NCBI GenBank assembly: GCA_009914755.4
Contig: CP086569.2
Coordinates: 10,080,001-10,144,000, forward strand
DNA from: the human T2T-CHM13v2.0 reference genome, Homo sapiens
DNA: 64,000 bases
Direction: 5' to 3'
Shown piece after piece: positions 40,551 to 54,140 of the stretch. Both the position numbers and the translations under genes were made by a program. The notes beneath the pieces are model-generated. The model was not told the origin of the DNA and searched no databases. It saw nothing but the letters and a program-made list of their open reading frames with translations. Positions within the stretch are counted from its first letter, which is position 1. Each line of letters begins with the position of its first letter.

Positions 40551-41718
40551 TATCACCTATCACCAAGCAGTGAGTACCATCAGACACCTTTCACTTGCTA
40601 TTCTGTCCTATTTTTCCTCAGAATTCTGGGGCTAAAAAACCAGCCACCTGTAAGCCAGTTAAAAGTGACTAGCATGGCCGCTGGACTAAAGACATGGGTG
40701 TCATGCTTTCTGGGGAAGTGCTGTCTAACAAGCCCCAACTCTTCAGATTTGGGAGCATTGGTTTGCCTGCAACCAGCTTCTGCTTTCCCTATACCTCTGG
40801 GCTGAGCTGGGGGTCAACAGAGAGGAAAGCCATTCAGCTCCAAAGTCCCAATAACAAGTTGGTTAATGCTGCAGCCATGAGTAGTACTCTCAAAGTCACG
40901 TTGCACAAGTGAGACTCGCCCATCTATCCTATCTATCCTGACATCTGACCTTTGCTTCCTGGGTCCTAATACCTGTCAGACAAACTTCCTCTTGTCTCTT
41001 CTCTGAGGCTAGCCCTGCTTCTGAAAACCACTCCCTGTCTCTGGTGCTTTTCTAGTTTCTCTGCTAAGAATGATTTCTAGTATAAACTCCAGGACTCTAT
41101 TCCCTTCTTTAGGCACCCGGGCTTACCAATCAGAAAGATATAATTTTAGCCCAAAGCCCCACTGGGGGACTGGGGGAACATCTTATCTAGAATTTTAGGA
41201 TCTCTCTTTAGACTAGCAGGCCTAACAAAAGCTACTCCTGAAGCTAGGGTATGGGGAGCTTCAGAAATGGTATCCTTCCTATTCAAGTGAGGACAAAAGG
41301 CATCACTCTTCCAACCCTGGATAACATTTCCCTCTCTCAGGGTATGGCCCTCCACTTCATTTTTGAGGTGTAATATCTTTATAGGACAGGGGCATAGTCC
41401 CAATACTAATGGGAGAATGCTTAGGACTCTAACAGTTTTTCAAGAATGCATCAGTAAGTGCCACTAAATCCGATTTTTCTTGGTCCTCTTTGTGGTCTAG
41501 GAGGACAGGAAAGGGTGCAGATTATTGAGAATACATCAGTAAGGGACACTAAATCTGACCTTCCTCAATCTTCTTTGTGGTCTTGGAGGAAAACTAGTGT
41601 TTCTGCTGCTGGGTCAGTGAGCGCAACTATGCCAATCAGCAGGGTTCAGGGACCATTGCAGTTCTTGGGCAGGGGAAGAAACAAACAAACCAAAATTGTG
41701 GGAAGTTTTGTCTTTCAG

Positions 41719-43240
41719 ATGGGAAACACTCAGACATCAACAGGCTCACCATTGCAGTGCATCCTAAGCCATCGGGACCAATTTGATCCACAAATCCTTG
41801 ACAAAGAGGTGGCTCATTTTTTTCTTCACTATTACCAGGCCTCAATATTCTCTCCAATGGGGAAAAATGGCCAACTGAGGGAAGTAAAAATTAAAATACT
41901 ATCTTGCAGTTTGACCTTTTCTATAAGAGAGAAGGCAAGTGGAATGAAATACCTGATGTCCAAGTTTTATTTTCATTGAAGGAGAATCCACAGCTTTGCA
42001 AAGCTTGCCATTTACATCCCACAGGAGTACCTTTTAGCTTACCCCTATATCCTAGCCTCTGTATAGCTCCCCTTTCTATTACTGATAAGCCACCTCTAAT
42101 CTTCCCCCTGCAGAAGGAAACAAGCAAAGAAATCTACAGAGGACCACAAAAAAACTCCGGGCTATTGATTATGTCCCCTTCAAGATGTAGGGGGAGGGGA
42201 ATTTTGCCCAACCTGGGTACATGTCCCCTTCTCTCTCCCTGATTTGAAGCAGACCAAGGCAGACACAGGGAAGTTTTCAGATGATCCTGATAGGTACATA
42301 GATATCTTATAGGGTCTAGGGCAAACCTTTCACCTCACTTGGAGAGATGTTATGCTAATGTTAGATCAAATCCTGGACTTTAATGAAAATAATGTGGCTT
42401 TAGCTGCAGCCCAAGAGTTTGGAGATACCTGGTATCTTAGTCAAGTAAATGATAGAATGACAGCTGAAGAAAGGGACAAATTCCCTACCAGTCAGCAAGT
42501 CATCCCCCATATGGATCCCCACTGGAAACTCAACTCAGATTATTGGGACTGGAGTCACAAACATCTGCTGACCTGTGTTCTAGAAGGACTGAGGAGAATT
42601 AGGAAAATGCTCCTGAACTATGCAATGATGTCCATCCTAACTCTGGGAAAGGAAGAAAATCCTTCTGCCTTCCTCGAGTGGCTATGGAAGGCCTTAAGGA
42701 AATCTACTCCTCTGTCACCTGATTCCCTTGAGGGTCAATTGACTCTGAAAGATAAGTTTATTACCCAATCAGCTGAAGATATCAAGAGAAAGCTCCAAAA
42801 GTCAGCGCTGGACCCTGAACAAAATCTGGAGGCATTAGTAAACCTGGCAACCTCAGTGTTCTCTAATAGCTACCAAGAAGACCTGGCCAAAATGGAAAAG
42901 TGAGATCAGAGAAAGGTTGCAGCCTTATTCATGGCCCTCAGACAAACAAACCTTGGTGGTTCAGACCGGACATAAAATGGAGCAGGCCAATTACCAGGTA
43001 GGGTTTCTTACCAGTGTGGTTTGCAAGGACACCTTAAAAAAGTTTGTCCAACAAGAAACAAGCTGTCCCCTGGCCCATGTCCACTCTACCGAGGCAATCA
43101 CTGGAAGGCTCTCTGCCCCAGAGGACAAAGTTTCTCTAGGCCAGAAGCCCCCAACCAGATTATCCAACAACAGGCCTGAGGGTGTCTGGGTCAAGTGCCA
43201 GCTCATGTCATTACCCTCACTGAGCCCCAGGTACATTTAA
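41719..43240 (+). pseudogene. ERV9 gag remnant, frameshifted into three ORFs
   Basis: ORFs 41458-41979 (contains 'MGNTQTSTGSPLQCILSHRDQFDPQILDKEV'), 42352-42903 and 42917-43240. Confidence 0.65.
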
Positions 43241-44460
43241 CCATTGAGGGCCAGGAAATTGACTTCCTCCAGGACACTGGTGTGGCCTTCTCAGTGTTAA
43301 TCTCCTGTCCTGGACAGCTGTCCTCAAGGGCTGTTACTATCTGAGGAATCCTGGTTTGGCCTGTAACCAAGTGTTTCTCCCACCTTCTCAGTTGTAACTG
43401 GGAGACTTTGCTCTTTTCACATGCCTTTCTTCTTATGCCTGAACATCCAATACCTTATTAGGGAGGGACATATTAGCCAAAGCTGGAGCTATTATCTACG
43501 TGAACATAGGGAACAAGTTACCCATTTGTTATCCCCTGCTGGAGGAGGGAGTCAACCTTGAAGTCTGGGCACTGGAAGAAATAAACTCAAGCTCCAGCCT
43601 TAAGCCTTCTGAGAGGACAAAACTTTTATTTATATGCCAGAGAGAGAGTAGGAATAGCTCTTGGAGTCCTTACTCAGACTCATGGGACAACCCCACAACC
43701 TGTGGTATACCTAAGTAAGGAAATTGATGTACTAGAAAAAGGCCAGCCTCACTGTTTACTATTAGTTGTGGCAGTGACCATCTTAGTGTAAGAGGCTGTC
43801 AAAATAATATGAGGAAATGATCTCACTCTCTGGACTACTCATGATGTAAAGGGCATAGTAGGTGCCAAAGGAAGTTTATGGCTATCAGACAACAGCCTGC
43901 TTAGATACCAGACACTACTCCTTGAGCGACAGGTGTTTCAAATATGCACATATGTAGCCCTCAACCCTGCCATTTTTCTCCTAGAGGATGGGAAACACTA
44001 GTCAAGCATGACTGCCAACAAATTATAGTCCAAATTTATGCTGCCCGAAAGCCTCTCTTAGAAAGCTCCTTAGTTAATCCTGACCTTAACCTATATACCA
44101 GTGAAAGTTCATTTGTGTAGAATGGTATATGAAGGGCAGGCTATGCCATATTTAGTGGTGTAAGGGCACTTGAAAGTAAGCCTCTTCCCCCAGGGACCAG
44201 CGCCCAGTTAGCAGAACTAATGGCACTTACCCAAGCCTGACAATGGGGAAACGGAAGAAGAATAAATGTGTGTATTGATAGTAAGTATGCTTATCTACTC
44301 CTACATGCCCATCCTGCAATATGGAAAGAAAATGAGTTCATAACCTCGGGGGGAAGCCCCATTAAATATCACAAGGAAACCATGGAGTTATTGCACACTC
44401 TGCAAAACCCAATGTGGTGGCAGTGTTCCACTGCCGAAGCCATCATAAGGGGAAGGAGAG
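43241..44460 (+). pseudogene. ERV9 pol remnant, only about 1.2 kb. It includes an RNase-H-like segment.
   Basis: ORFs 43500-43718 and 44268-44567. This is far shorter than an intact PR-RT-IN. Confidence 0.55.
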
Positions 44461-44712
44461 GGGAGAGCAGCAGCATAAGTGGCTGGCAGAGGCAGGAAAA
44501 GACCAGCAGAGAGAGAAGAGAGAGAAAGAGAGAAACAGAAGAAGAGACAGAAATTCAGAGAGAGTGAGAGAGAAAGAGAGGAAGAGACAGACAAAGAGGG
44601 GGTCAGAGAAAAAGAAAAAGAAAGAAAGAGACAAGGTCAAAGACAGAAGGAAAGAGAGAGAGGAAGAGACAGACAAAGAAGGAGTCAAAGAGAGAGAAAG
44701 AGATTGAAGTAG
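44460..44712. repeat. Imperfect polypurine (GA-rich: GAGAGA/GAAAGA) tract inside the provirus
   Basis: Direct read. It generates the R/E/K-rich plus-strand ORFs (44414-44712) and the S/L-rich minus-strand ORFs (44388-44769), which are artefacts. Confidence 0.9.
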
Positions 44713-45957
44713 TAAAGAAAAAGCAGTGTATCCTATTCCTTTAAAAGCCAGGGTAAATTTAATAACCATAATTGATAATTTAAGGTTTTCTCAATGACCT
44801 CTAACACCCCAATACCACCTTGTTGTCATTGTAAACAAGGGCATAGTCTGAAAGCACTGAGGCCACTGAGAACCCCTAGACCTCCTATCAAAAAATTTTA
44901 ACTCAGCAGGATTCCTAACGGGGATCTAAGGATCAAAGTCTTAACTAATTACCATACAAAGGTCCAACAAGACCTAGGAGGAATTTCCTTCAGGACAGGA
45001 TGATAGATGGTTCCTCCCAGGTTATTAAGGGAAAAAGACGCAATGGGTATTCAGTAAATGATAAGGGAACTGTTGTAGAAGCAGTTAGGAAAATTGCCTA
45101 ATAATTTGTCTGCTTAAATGTGCGAGCCGTTTGCCCTCAGCCAAACCTTAATGTACTTACAGAATCACGAAGGAGCCATCTATACCATTTCTAAGTGAAT
45201 AGGGACTGAACGAGGTCTTATTAATAGCAAAGAATACTTGAAATCCCAAACTTAGAAGGTTTTCAACAAAAGTAAAGTTTGCTAAAAGTTAACAGTGTAA
45301 CATGTATTATCCTACTACCACACACTCTCAAAGGATTTCTCAGACAGTTTGTGAAAAATAACAAAATCTATCCTTTCTCTACAATCCCAAATAGACTTTT
45401 TGGCAGCAGTGGCTCTCCAGAACCACTGAGGCCTAGACTCCCTCACTGCTGAGAAAGGAGGGCTCTAAACCTTCTTAAGGGAAGAGTGTTTCTTTTACAC
45501 TAACCAGTCTGGGATAGTATGCAATGCCACCCAGCATTTAAAGGAAAAGGCTACTGAAACCAGACAATGCCTTTCAAACTCTTATACCAACCTCTGGAGT
45601 TGAGCCATATGACTTCTCCTCTTTCCAGGTCCCATGACAGCCATCTTGCTATTACTTTCCTTCAGGTCCTGTATTTTTAACCACCCTGCCAAATTTGTTT
45701 CCTCTAGGATTGAGGCCATCAAGCTACAGTTGATCTTACAAATGGAACCCCAATGAGCTCAACTAATAACTTCTACCAAGGAACCTGGATCAACCCACTG
45801 GCCCTTTGGCTGGCCTAGAATATTCCCCTCTGGAGGACACTACCACCAGAGACCCCTTCTTTACCTCTATCCAGCAGTAAGTAGCTAGGGTGGTCATCAC
45901 CCAATTCCCAACAGCAGTTAGAGCATTGAGATGTGAAGACAGCTAGACTTCATGGGT

Positions 45958-46536
45958 TGAGTGGGGACAGGGAGGACTTTTCTGTCTAGCTAAATGATTG
46001 TAAATGCACCAATCTGCACTCTGTGTCTAGCAAAAGGAATGTAAATTCACCAGCACTCTGTAAAAAAGCATCAATTATTGCTCTGTGTCTAGCTAAATGA
46101 TTTTAAACACAACAATCAACGCTCTGTAAAATGGACCAATCAGCACATTGTAAAATGGATCAATCAGCAGGATGTGGGTGGGGCCAGATAAGGGAATAAA
46201 GCTCGCCAACCCACCCAGCAGTGGCAATCCATGCAGGTCCCCTTCCATGCTGTGGAAGCTTTGTCAATAAATCTTGCTGCTGCTCGCTCTGGGTCTGCAC
46301 CAACTTTAGGAGATTCAATACCAGCCATGAAGGTCTGCAGCTTCATTCTTGAAGTCAGGGAGACCAGGAGGTCCCCTGGGAGAAGGAAGAAACTCTGGAC
46401 ATATCTGAACATCTGAACGAATGAACTCTGGACACACTATCTTTAAGAGCTGTAACACTCTATGTGAAGGTCCACGGCTTCATTCTTGAAGTCAGAAAGA
46501 CCGAGAACCTACCAGAAGGAACCAACTCTGGAAACA
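45958..46536 (+). repeat. ERV9 3' LTR (LTR12 family)
   Basis: It is homologous to the 5' LTR and ends '...ctggaaaca'. Confidence 0.8.
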
Positions 46537-47150
46537 ATATGCCAAACTCAGTGTTTCAGGGCTATAATTGCAACACTTTGGGAGGTCAAGGAAGGAGGAC
46601 ACTTAAGCCTGGGAGTTTGAGACCACCCTGAACAATATATCTGAAGCATTGTCCTTGCCACACACACACACAAAAGTGGGGCACAGTGGTGTGTGTCTGT
46701 AATTCTTTCTACTTGAGAGGCTGAAATGGAAGGCTCACACATTTGAACCCAGGAGTTCAAGGCTGCAGTGAGTTACAATGGTGCTGCTGCAGTCCAGGCT
46801 GGACAACAGTGTAACCTTGTGTCTAAAAAGAAAAAAAATGATAAGTGCTTGAACTGAAGGATACACTATTTATTATTTATATATTTATTGATTTATATAA
46901 TTATTTGTGACTTGGAGTCCCACTCTGTCACCCAGACTAGAGTGCATGGTGCAATATCAGCTCACTTCAGCCTCAGGCTCACAGAGACAAAAAAATTATC
47001 CTTCCTGAGTCTCCCAATTAACTACTACTAGTTAACATACTACTAGCATGGGCCACCAAGCCCAGCTAATTGTTGTATTTTTGGTAGAGATGGGGCTTCA
47101 GGGTTTTGGCCAGGCTGGTCTTGAACTCCTGACCTAATGTGATCTGCAAG
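46537..47150. repeat. Segmental-duplication copy A, right part: Alu(+) 46548-46837, a spacer, then Alu(-) 46916-47205
   Basis: 'atatgccaaactcagtg...tgataagtgcttgaactgaaggatacactatttattatttatatatttattgatttatataattatttgtgacttggag...' is homologous to 48888-49496. Confidence 0.8.
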
Positions 47151-47481
47151 ACTTGGCGTCCTAAAGAGCTGGAATTAAAGAACTGAGCCATCACACCTAG
47201 ACAATAACATATACAAGACTAGGGAGTTTTATCCTTTCACTTCATCCTCACAATGCTACATTATAAGTGAATGAAAACAAAACTTCATATCATGAATAAA
47301 TCACTTGAAAACAAAAGTTGGTAATTTCTCCCTTGAAAATTATTTGCACACTTACCCTGTAAAAATTGATGATCTTGCCAGAATTTTACCAATAAAATAC
47401 TTTTTCCCTGAAGATTAGTCTGTTAATTGTAAGAATTATGAACTGTAAAACTTCTGGAACTTCATGTATTTCATTTCTTTA

Positions 47482-47721
<240 letters not shown>

Positions 47722-47763
47722 CTAATGTTTTCAAAGATGGATGATATTAAAGGCTGAAGAAAA

Positions 47764-48230
47764 GGCTGGGCACAGTGGCTCATTCCTGCACTCCCAGCAC
47801 TTTGAGAGGCTGAGGTGGGTTGATCACCTGAGGTCAGAAGTTCAAGACCAGCCTGGCCAACATTTTGAAGCCCCGTCTCTATTAAAACTACGAAAATTAG
47901 CAAAGTGTGATGGTGGATGCCTGTAATCCCAGCTACTCAGGAGGCTGAGGCAGAAGAATCACTTGAACCAGGAGGCAGAGGTTGTAGTGAGCCGAGATCA
48001 TGCCATTACACTCCAGTCTGGGCAACAGAGCGGGACTCCGCCTCAAAAGAATAAAGAAAAAAAAAAGTCAAGGCATTAGATGCACAATCTACGTTCTTCG
48101 AGGTACAAAGTGGGAACTGAGCTTTCTTGAGTGTGTGAGATCCAGTAAGCCAGGAGGAAACAGTTTCAGAAGTGCTTGAATGTTTACTTAAATCCGTCTT
48201 TTATCTTGGAGGTCCTAGGAGAATTATGAA
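47764..48230. repeat. Segmental-duplication copy B, left part: Alu(+) 47764-48067 plus about 160 bp of unique sequence
   Basis: Homologous to 39472-39922, roughly 85-90% identity by eye. Confidence 0.8.
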
Positions 48231-48887
48231 TGCAAGTCTGTGTTAGAATCCAGAGATAGGCAAGCTAGGTATCATTTTGTGGAGAAGCAGCTGTAGCATT
48301 TAACAGGTGGGGTGCTACATATGTGATTTAATACTTCGGTCATCTGAGAGAAGCTGTGAAATAATAGTTCTCTATTCATTCTAGGGCACTGTGTCAGACA
48401 TAAACTCTAGAAAAAATTTATGATTCAGTTTTTATTACCTCTTTTTAAGTGAGTATTTTCATAATCGTATGTGTGCAAGAGTATCTCAAATACTTTCTGT
48501 GTTTATCTCACAGGGAATTGATGTGGGTGAGGCATTTTATTTGTTGCATTTGTGGATGCAGGGACAAATTAGAGCCTCCCATTTTATCACCTTAATGGAG
48601 ATACCCTTTCTATTATTTCTTTTACTTATTTTAAAAAATTGTATGTAACGTTTGTAGATACTTTTGGTGATATCATGTGATATTATATGATATTTGATAC
48701 AAGCAATGTATACTGGTAAGGAAGGTATCATAGAAGGGTTGGGGGTGGGTTAAATGACAGTTGCTTAGAAGGAATACGATCCAGTGTTCGGTAGCCCAGG
48801 ATGACTACACTTAATAATGGTTTATTGTATATCTCAAAAGAATTAAAAGAGTGAAGGTGGAATGTCACTTATACTGACAAATGATAT

Positions 48888-49496
48888 GCCAGACTCAGTG
48901 GCTCACAGCTACAATCACAACACTTTGGGAGGCCAAGGAAGGCGGATCACTTAGGCCTGGAATTTTGAGACCAGCGTGAACAATATATACGAAACATTGT
49001 CCCTACCATACATGCACAAACACAAGAGCTGGGGATGGTGGTGTGTGTCTGTAATTCCAGCTACTTGGGAGGCTGAAATGGAAGGTTTGCACATTTGAAC
49101 CCAGGAGTCCAAGGCTGCAGTGAGCTATGATGGTGACACTGCAGTCCAGACTGGACAACATAGTGAGACTCTGTCTCTAAAAAAGAAAAAAAAGAAATAA
49201 CTAGTTGAACTGATGGATACATTATTACTTATGTATTTGTTGATTTATATAATTATTTTTAGTTGGTGTCTCACTCCATTACCCAGGCTAGAGTGCATGG
49301 TGCAATATCGGCTCACTGCAGTCTGAGGCTCCCATGTTCAAACGATTCTCTTGTCTGAGCCTCCCAATTAACTGTAACATAATACAGGCATGGGCCACCA
49401 TGCCCGGTTAATTTTTGTATTTTTGGTACAGATGGGGTTTCATGGTGTTGGCTAGGCTTGTCTTGAACTCCCGACCTAAAGTGATCTGCAAGCCAA
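48888..49496. repeat. Segmental-duplication copy B, right part: Alu(+) about 48888-49195, a spacer, then Alu(-) 49262-49496 (truncated)
   Basis: Homologous to 46537-47150. The 660 bp at 48231-48887 between the B parts has no counterpart in copy A, where the ERV9 provirus sits instead. Confidence 0.8.
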
Positions 49497-50944
49497 TATC
49501 CCCCTTCAGTCACAGAATGCTTCAAGTAGATTGTTCCAGATGTCTTAAACTTTAGTATCAACCACATCTAATTATTTCCTTTGACCTGTACTATTACTCT
49601 ATAAGATAAACATTGTATGGTGAGGCAAACAGTTTTGTAGTGTTTCTGGAGATTTCGCTAATGTTTTAATCTTGTAATTTTTTAAAGAGAAACACAGCCT
49701 AATTAGAAAACTTATGCAACTTGAAAGGGAGACATAATATATGCCTGATTTTGTATCTATTTATGTTCAAAGAAACAAAGTGTTCACAACGCAATTTACT
49801 CTTCTATTTAATTTGCTTTTAAGCATGTGTAGCTAAGCAGTAACATCAGGCATTTTGCATTACATGTAAAAATTGATTATGAAAATTTTATTCCAGATAT
49901 TATAACTAACAGTAACAAGTATGAAATTACTTTGAAAAAAATTCATTTTCCTTTAAATAGCTCAAAAAATTCATGGAGTAAGTTAGTTTCTGCATTTCTA
50001 CCTCTCTCCACAAAAACAAGTTTCTTTTAGTAAGACACATGTAACAAGGCAGAAATAAAATTTCAATGTTCGATTTGCAAACAAGGTTTAGTATGCAATA
50101 ACTATTATTTTGAATACTTGCTTTAATATCTACTTCAGTCTCCTTTTTCAGATCGGCTTCTGCCACCATCTCCTATAGATGTCACATAACTTGAGCTACC
50201 ATAGGCTTCACAAGGAGCAGTGTGCACCCTGTCCAGAGAAAATGGATTCCTTCCGTCTTTTCTGCCACTGTGCTCACAACCGCAGGAATAAAAATTACTG
50301 CAGCTTCTTAGGTAACTCTCCCAAGTTCTGCCATATCTATCTCATAAATTGTTATAATCATGGTGGCTTCTTCCACCATAAGGCATCTGAGGCCCTTGGA
50401 CAGGTGGTGCACCATCAGAGGTCCCTGCAGGGTTGATAAAATAATATGTTGGACTACATTTAAACATTTTTAGTGCTATCACTAAAGTATTAATTAGTTA
50501 AACTACTACTTGGAAATATCTGCTTTCCTCCGCCTTCATTTACAGATATTAATTATGCCTGCAATAGTCAGAAGGTTTTTTTTAAAAGAAGTGTAAGAGT
50601 AGTATTTTGAAGCTTAACAAATTTAATTCTAAAGTAAACGTTGAATCACATTTAACTGAACGTGAAATGAAATTCTCACCTTTATATCATTCCCTACACT
50701 TTATGCTGTTAAGAATACTCAATATTTAAACATGTTATATTTGTCCTTTATAATTTCCTTAGTTTTCTTTAAAATAATGATCTGGTCTATTTAATATAAT
50801 TCTATAATTTAAAAATCCAACCTGGACTCATACCATAACTCTGAAATGCATCTCTGTAAGAACTTCCACTTGGACATTCAGAATGTTCTCTACCTCACAG
50901 CAGCCATCAAGATCACTAAATTGAAAAAAAAAAAAAAGGTTTCT

Positions 50945-52435
50945 TTTGTCAGAATGAACAATTTAAGAAATCTGTTTTATAAATCCACAAAACATTATAG
51001 TACCTATATAGTACTTATATAGTACCTATATCCTCTAAAGGAATGTTCATCCTGACTCAAACGACTGTAATAATGGTATGCATAGCCTCTAGGTGTTAGA
51101 GCATAATCCCTCATTTCTTGGGAACTTGGATGATTTCTGTGTGCATAAGTTTAAGCAATAAATTTTAAATTTTCAAATTCTAGTGTCCAAAATATCCATC
51201 ATAACTAAATTACAGCATACATAATACCTAAATTACAACTTAAACAAAATTAAAGGGCCAAACAGCTAAATAGATATTTCTCCAAATAAAATAGCCAAAT
51301 GTCTCAAAATCGCATGAAACAGATACTCATAATCTGTGATTCAGAAATACATTTCAAATCCAAAATGAGATACCATAATTCACGTACACACTGGAAAGGC
51401 AATAAATTTTAAAAAGCAGGAAATAGTAAGTGTTTGAGAAAATGTAGATAAATTGATACATTGATGCAATGTTAGTTGGAATGAACAATTCAAGAACTCT
51501 ATTTGGCAAATGCAGAAAGTATTATTATAGTACCTATTTCCTGTAGAGGAATGTTCATCCTGACTAGAATGACCATAATCACGGTATGCATAGTCTCTAG
51601 ATGGTGGAGCATAATCCCTAGATTCTGAGGAACCTGGATGATTACTGTGTGCATAAGTGTATGCAACAAATTTTAAATTTTCAACTTCTGGTATCCAAAA
51701 CATAACTAACTTACAACTTAAACAAAATTAAAAGGCCAAACATCTAAATGGATATTTCTCCAAATAAAATAGACAAATGCCCAAAAAGCACATGGAACAG
51801 ACACTCATAATCAATGATTCAGAAAATGCATTTCAATTGAGAGGATGTAGATAAACTGGAACCCTGATACAGTGCTAGCTGGAATGGAAAATGATGCAGC
51901 TCTATAGAGAAATGTGGTGGTTCCTCAAGAACACACACATAATTATCATAGGGCCAAGCAATTCCACTTCTATATATACCCAGAATTGATTAAGTGTGCC
52001 CAAACAAATATTGGTTCATAGAAATACTGGGGTGGAAACAACTCAAATAAAATGATCGGTTAACAGCTTGTGGAAGAAATGAAGTGCTATGACATATGTG
52101 AACCTTCTGGACATCATGAAAAAGGAAAACAGACAGTAAAAAAGTCATGTAGTGTTTGACCCCATTAACATTAAATGCCCACAACAGGTATGTGCACAGG
52201 CAGAACACAGATTGGTGTTTGCTAGCAGCTGAGGGAAGGGAGAAAATGAAGGACTGCTTAACTAGTAGTTGGAATTTTAGTTTGGAGTCATGAAAATGTT
52301 TTGGAACTCGATGGAGGTAGTTGCTGCACTACACAGAAGGTATCTAACTCCGCTTAACTGTTTACCTTATAATATTTAATTTTGTTAAGTGAATTTCATC
52401 ACCACAACAAAAAAAAATTAACTATTTTTTCTTTC
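50945..52435 (+). mobile_element. Old L1 (L1M-like) 3' end with polyA at about 52420-52435. It contains an internal tandem duplication of about 525 bp (50945-51465 and 51466-51990).
   Basis: Homology to the ancient L1 3' end consensus ('...gagataccataattcac...', '...ggatgtagataaactggaaccctgatacagtgctagctggaatggaaaatgatgcagc...', '...aactgtttaccttataatatttaattttgttaagtgaatttcatcaccacaacaaaaaaaaa'). The two ~525 bp blocks are colinear and about 85% identical. Confidence 0.6.
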
Positions 52436-53859
52436 TTTTTTTTTTTTTTACCTATCCTTAGTTGCATAACCAACATCTTTTGATGACACATGGTCATTTC
52501 TCCAGGAAAAGACTGACTGTCTCTGTGGAGGAACTCCATAATTCTCTCTTCCATTACATTTAATATTAAAATGATGGAACATAATGTAAAGAACACGAAA
52601 TCTGAAACATTATTTTCTCTTCTCTCAAACAACTTTTTAAAATTATTTCATCTACGTCTCCATTCTTTTTTTCCCTAAATTACTAGAAAATCATGACACT
52701 GTGAATATTTCTTATGGCCTTGGATAACCCCATGGCTCCTGCAAGGCCAGTTCTTCTAACAAAGCTGAAGGCAGATGTTAATTCTTTTGTAAAAGTTCAT
52801 TTTAATGTTTAATAACTACTTAGTTATTATTTTCCTTTTTATAGAATTACTAATGAATACTAATGACACATGGAAAATGTAAAACCATCAAACTCTCCAC
52901 TGATTTTAAAGTTTACATACATTGTCCTTTCTCAGCTGAAGAAGGTAAATTTTCCCATGTTGTTCAGTCCATCTCACACACACAAATACTGCCACCTTTG
53001 AATGACTGCATGCTAAACTTTTACCTAAAAGTTCTCCTTTATCTCTAAGTGGTTGGCTCTATCTTAAATGTTGGCAAATTAAAATATACTAGTGAAGATT
53101 TTCTAATGATGACCAAGATTTTCTTATACTGCAATAAGCAATAGTGTTCAAGGGGTCATTATCACATTGTTGTTATTTCAAAATAGAAAAGGTTCTCCTT
53201 TAATATACTCTTCACGTGCTACTCCTTAGAGGTCTGTCTTTCACTTATAATATGTTCACTGGCTAATTTTCCTATGGAAATGTGTTGGCTTGTGTATCCT
53301 GAAGACAATAAATAACTAACTTCACTGATACTCTACACATGAAATGTAAAATTAAAAATGGCAGTTTTCATTTTCCTCCATCTTAGGATGGAGGACAAAG
53401 TAAGAATTTTATTTTGTTCTGCTAAACGTCGTCCCTAAGAATTTTTATTTATTGTCTTGTTTTCTTCTGTTCAGTCTGCAATCTTACAATTCTCCTTCTC
53501 AAAAATATTACTTCTATTCGATCCTACTGTTCAACTCTTGTTGCTTAGTTCTAAATTCTCACCTCAAATAATTTCAAATCTTACACTAAGGTCTTGTGTT
53601 AATGTTTAAACATCCAGGTACAATCTTAATTATTGATTTACATCCCCTTATATTTCATAACTCTACACTTCTGTGATATCCACTTAATTTAAGAATATTG
53701 GACTCCTTCATGTCTAACTTACAAGCCTTAAATTATTTTTTAAATAATGTTTAAGCTCAGTGAATCTTTTTCTGCTAAATATTCTTGCAGTTCTTTTCAA
53801 TCTTTATATAAGCAGGAAAAATGCCTCACGGATTAGAATTATTGAGGTCTCAAAACCTA

Positions 53860-54140
53860 GATGGCCAGGCTAACTGGCTAACACTGTGGGCCAGTGTGGA
53901 AGGGTGAGGCACCTGGACTGCTTGAGCCCCGGGCTTTAATGTCAGTTTTGTCAATGTGGTGAGATCCTCTCTCTACAAAAATATAGGGGAAAAAACTTAG
54001 CTAGATATGGTGGTGCATGGCTATAGTTGCAGCAACTCAGGAAAATGAAACAGGAGAATTGCCTGAGCCCAGGAGTTTAAGGCTGTAGTAAGCCATCATC
54101 TCACCTATGCACTCTGACCTCATAAGAGCAAGACTCCAAC
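53860..54140 (+). mobile_element. Degenerate old Alu/FLAM-like SINE
   Basis: 'ggccaggctaactggctaacactgtgggccagtgtggaagggtgaggcacctggactgcttgagccc...gatatggtggtgcatggctatagttgcagcaactcagg...'. Confidence 0.4.

Larger units (their letters stand above)
39923..46536 (+). mobile_element. ERV9 (HERV9) provirus with LTR12-type LTRs, about 6.6 kb. It is internally deleted: gag is degenerate, pol is heavily truncated, env is absent.
   Basis: Both LTRs carry the LTR12 hallmark 'caccaatcagcactctgtaaaatggaccaatcagc' repeats and the duplicated 'agagctgtaacactcactgtgaaggtctgcagcttcattcttgaagtca' motif. After the 5' LTR, the primer-binding site 'tggcaaccatgaagggac' resembles tRNA-Arg. Plus-strand ORFs are gag-like (41719 'MGNTQTS...', 42352-42903) and RNase-H-like (44268-44460 'DSKYAYLLLHAHPAIWKENEFITSGGSPIKYHKETMELLH'). 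Confidence 0.85.

Noticed and set aside
44388-44769. Arg/Glu/Lys-rich and Ser/Leu-rich ORFs as charged low-complexity proteins
   Set aside because: They are six-frame translations of a polypurine/polypyrimidine simple repeat.
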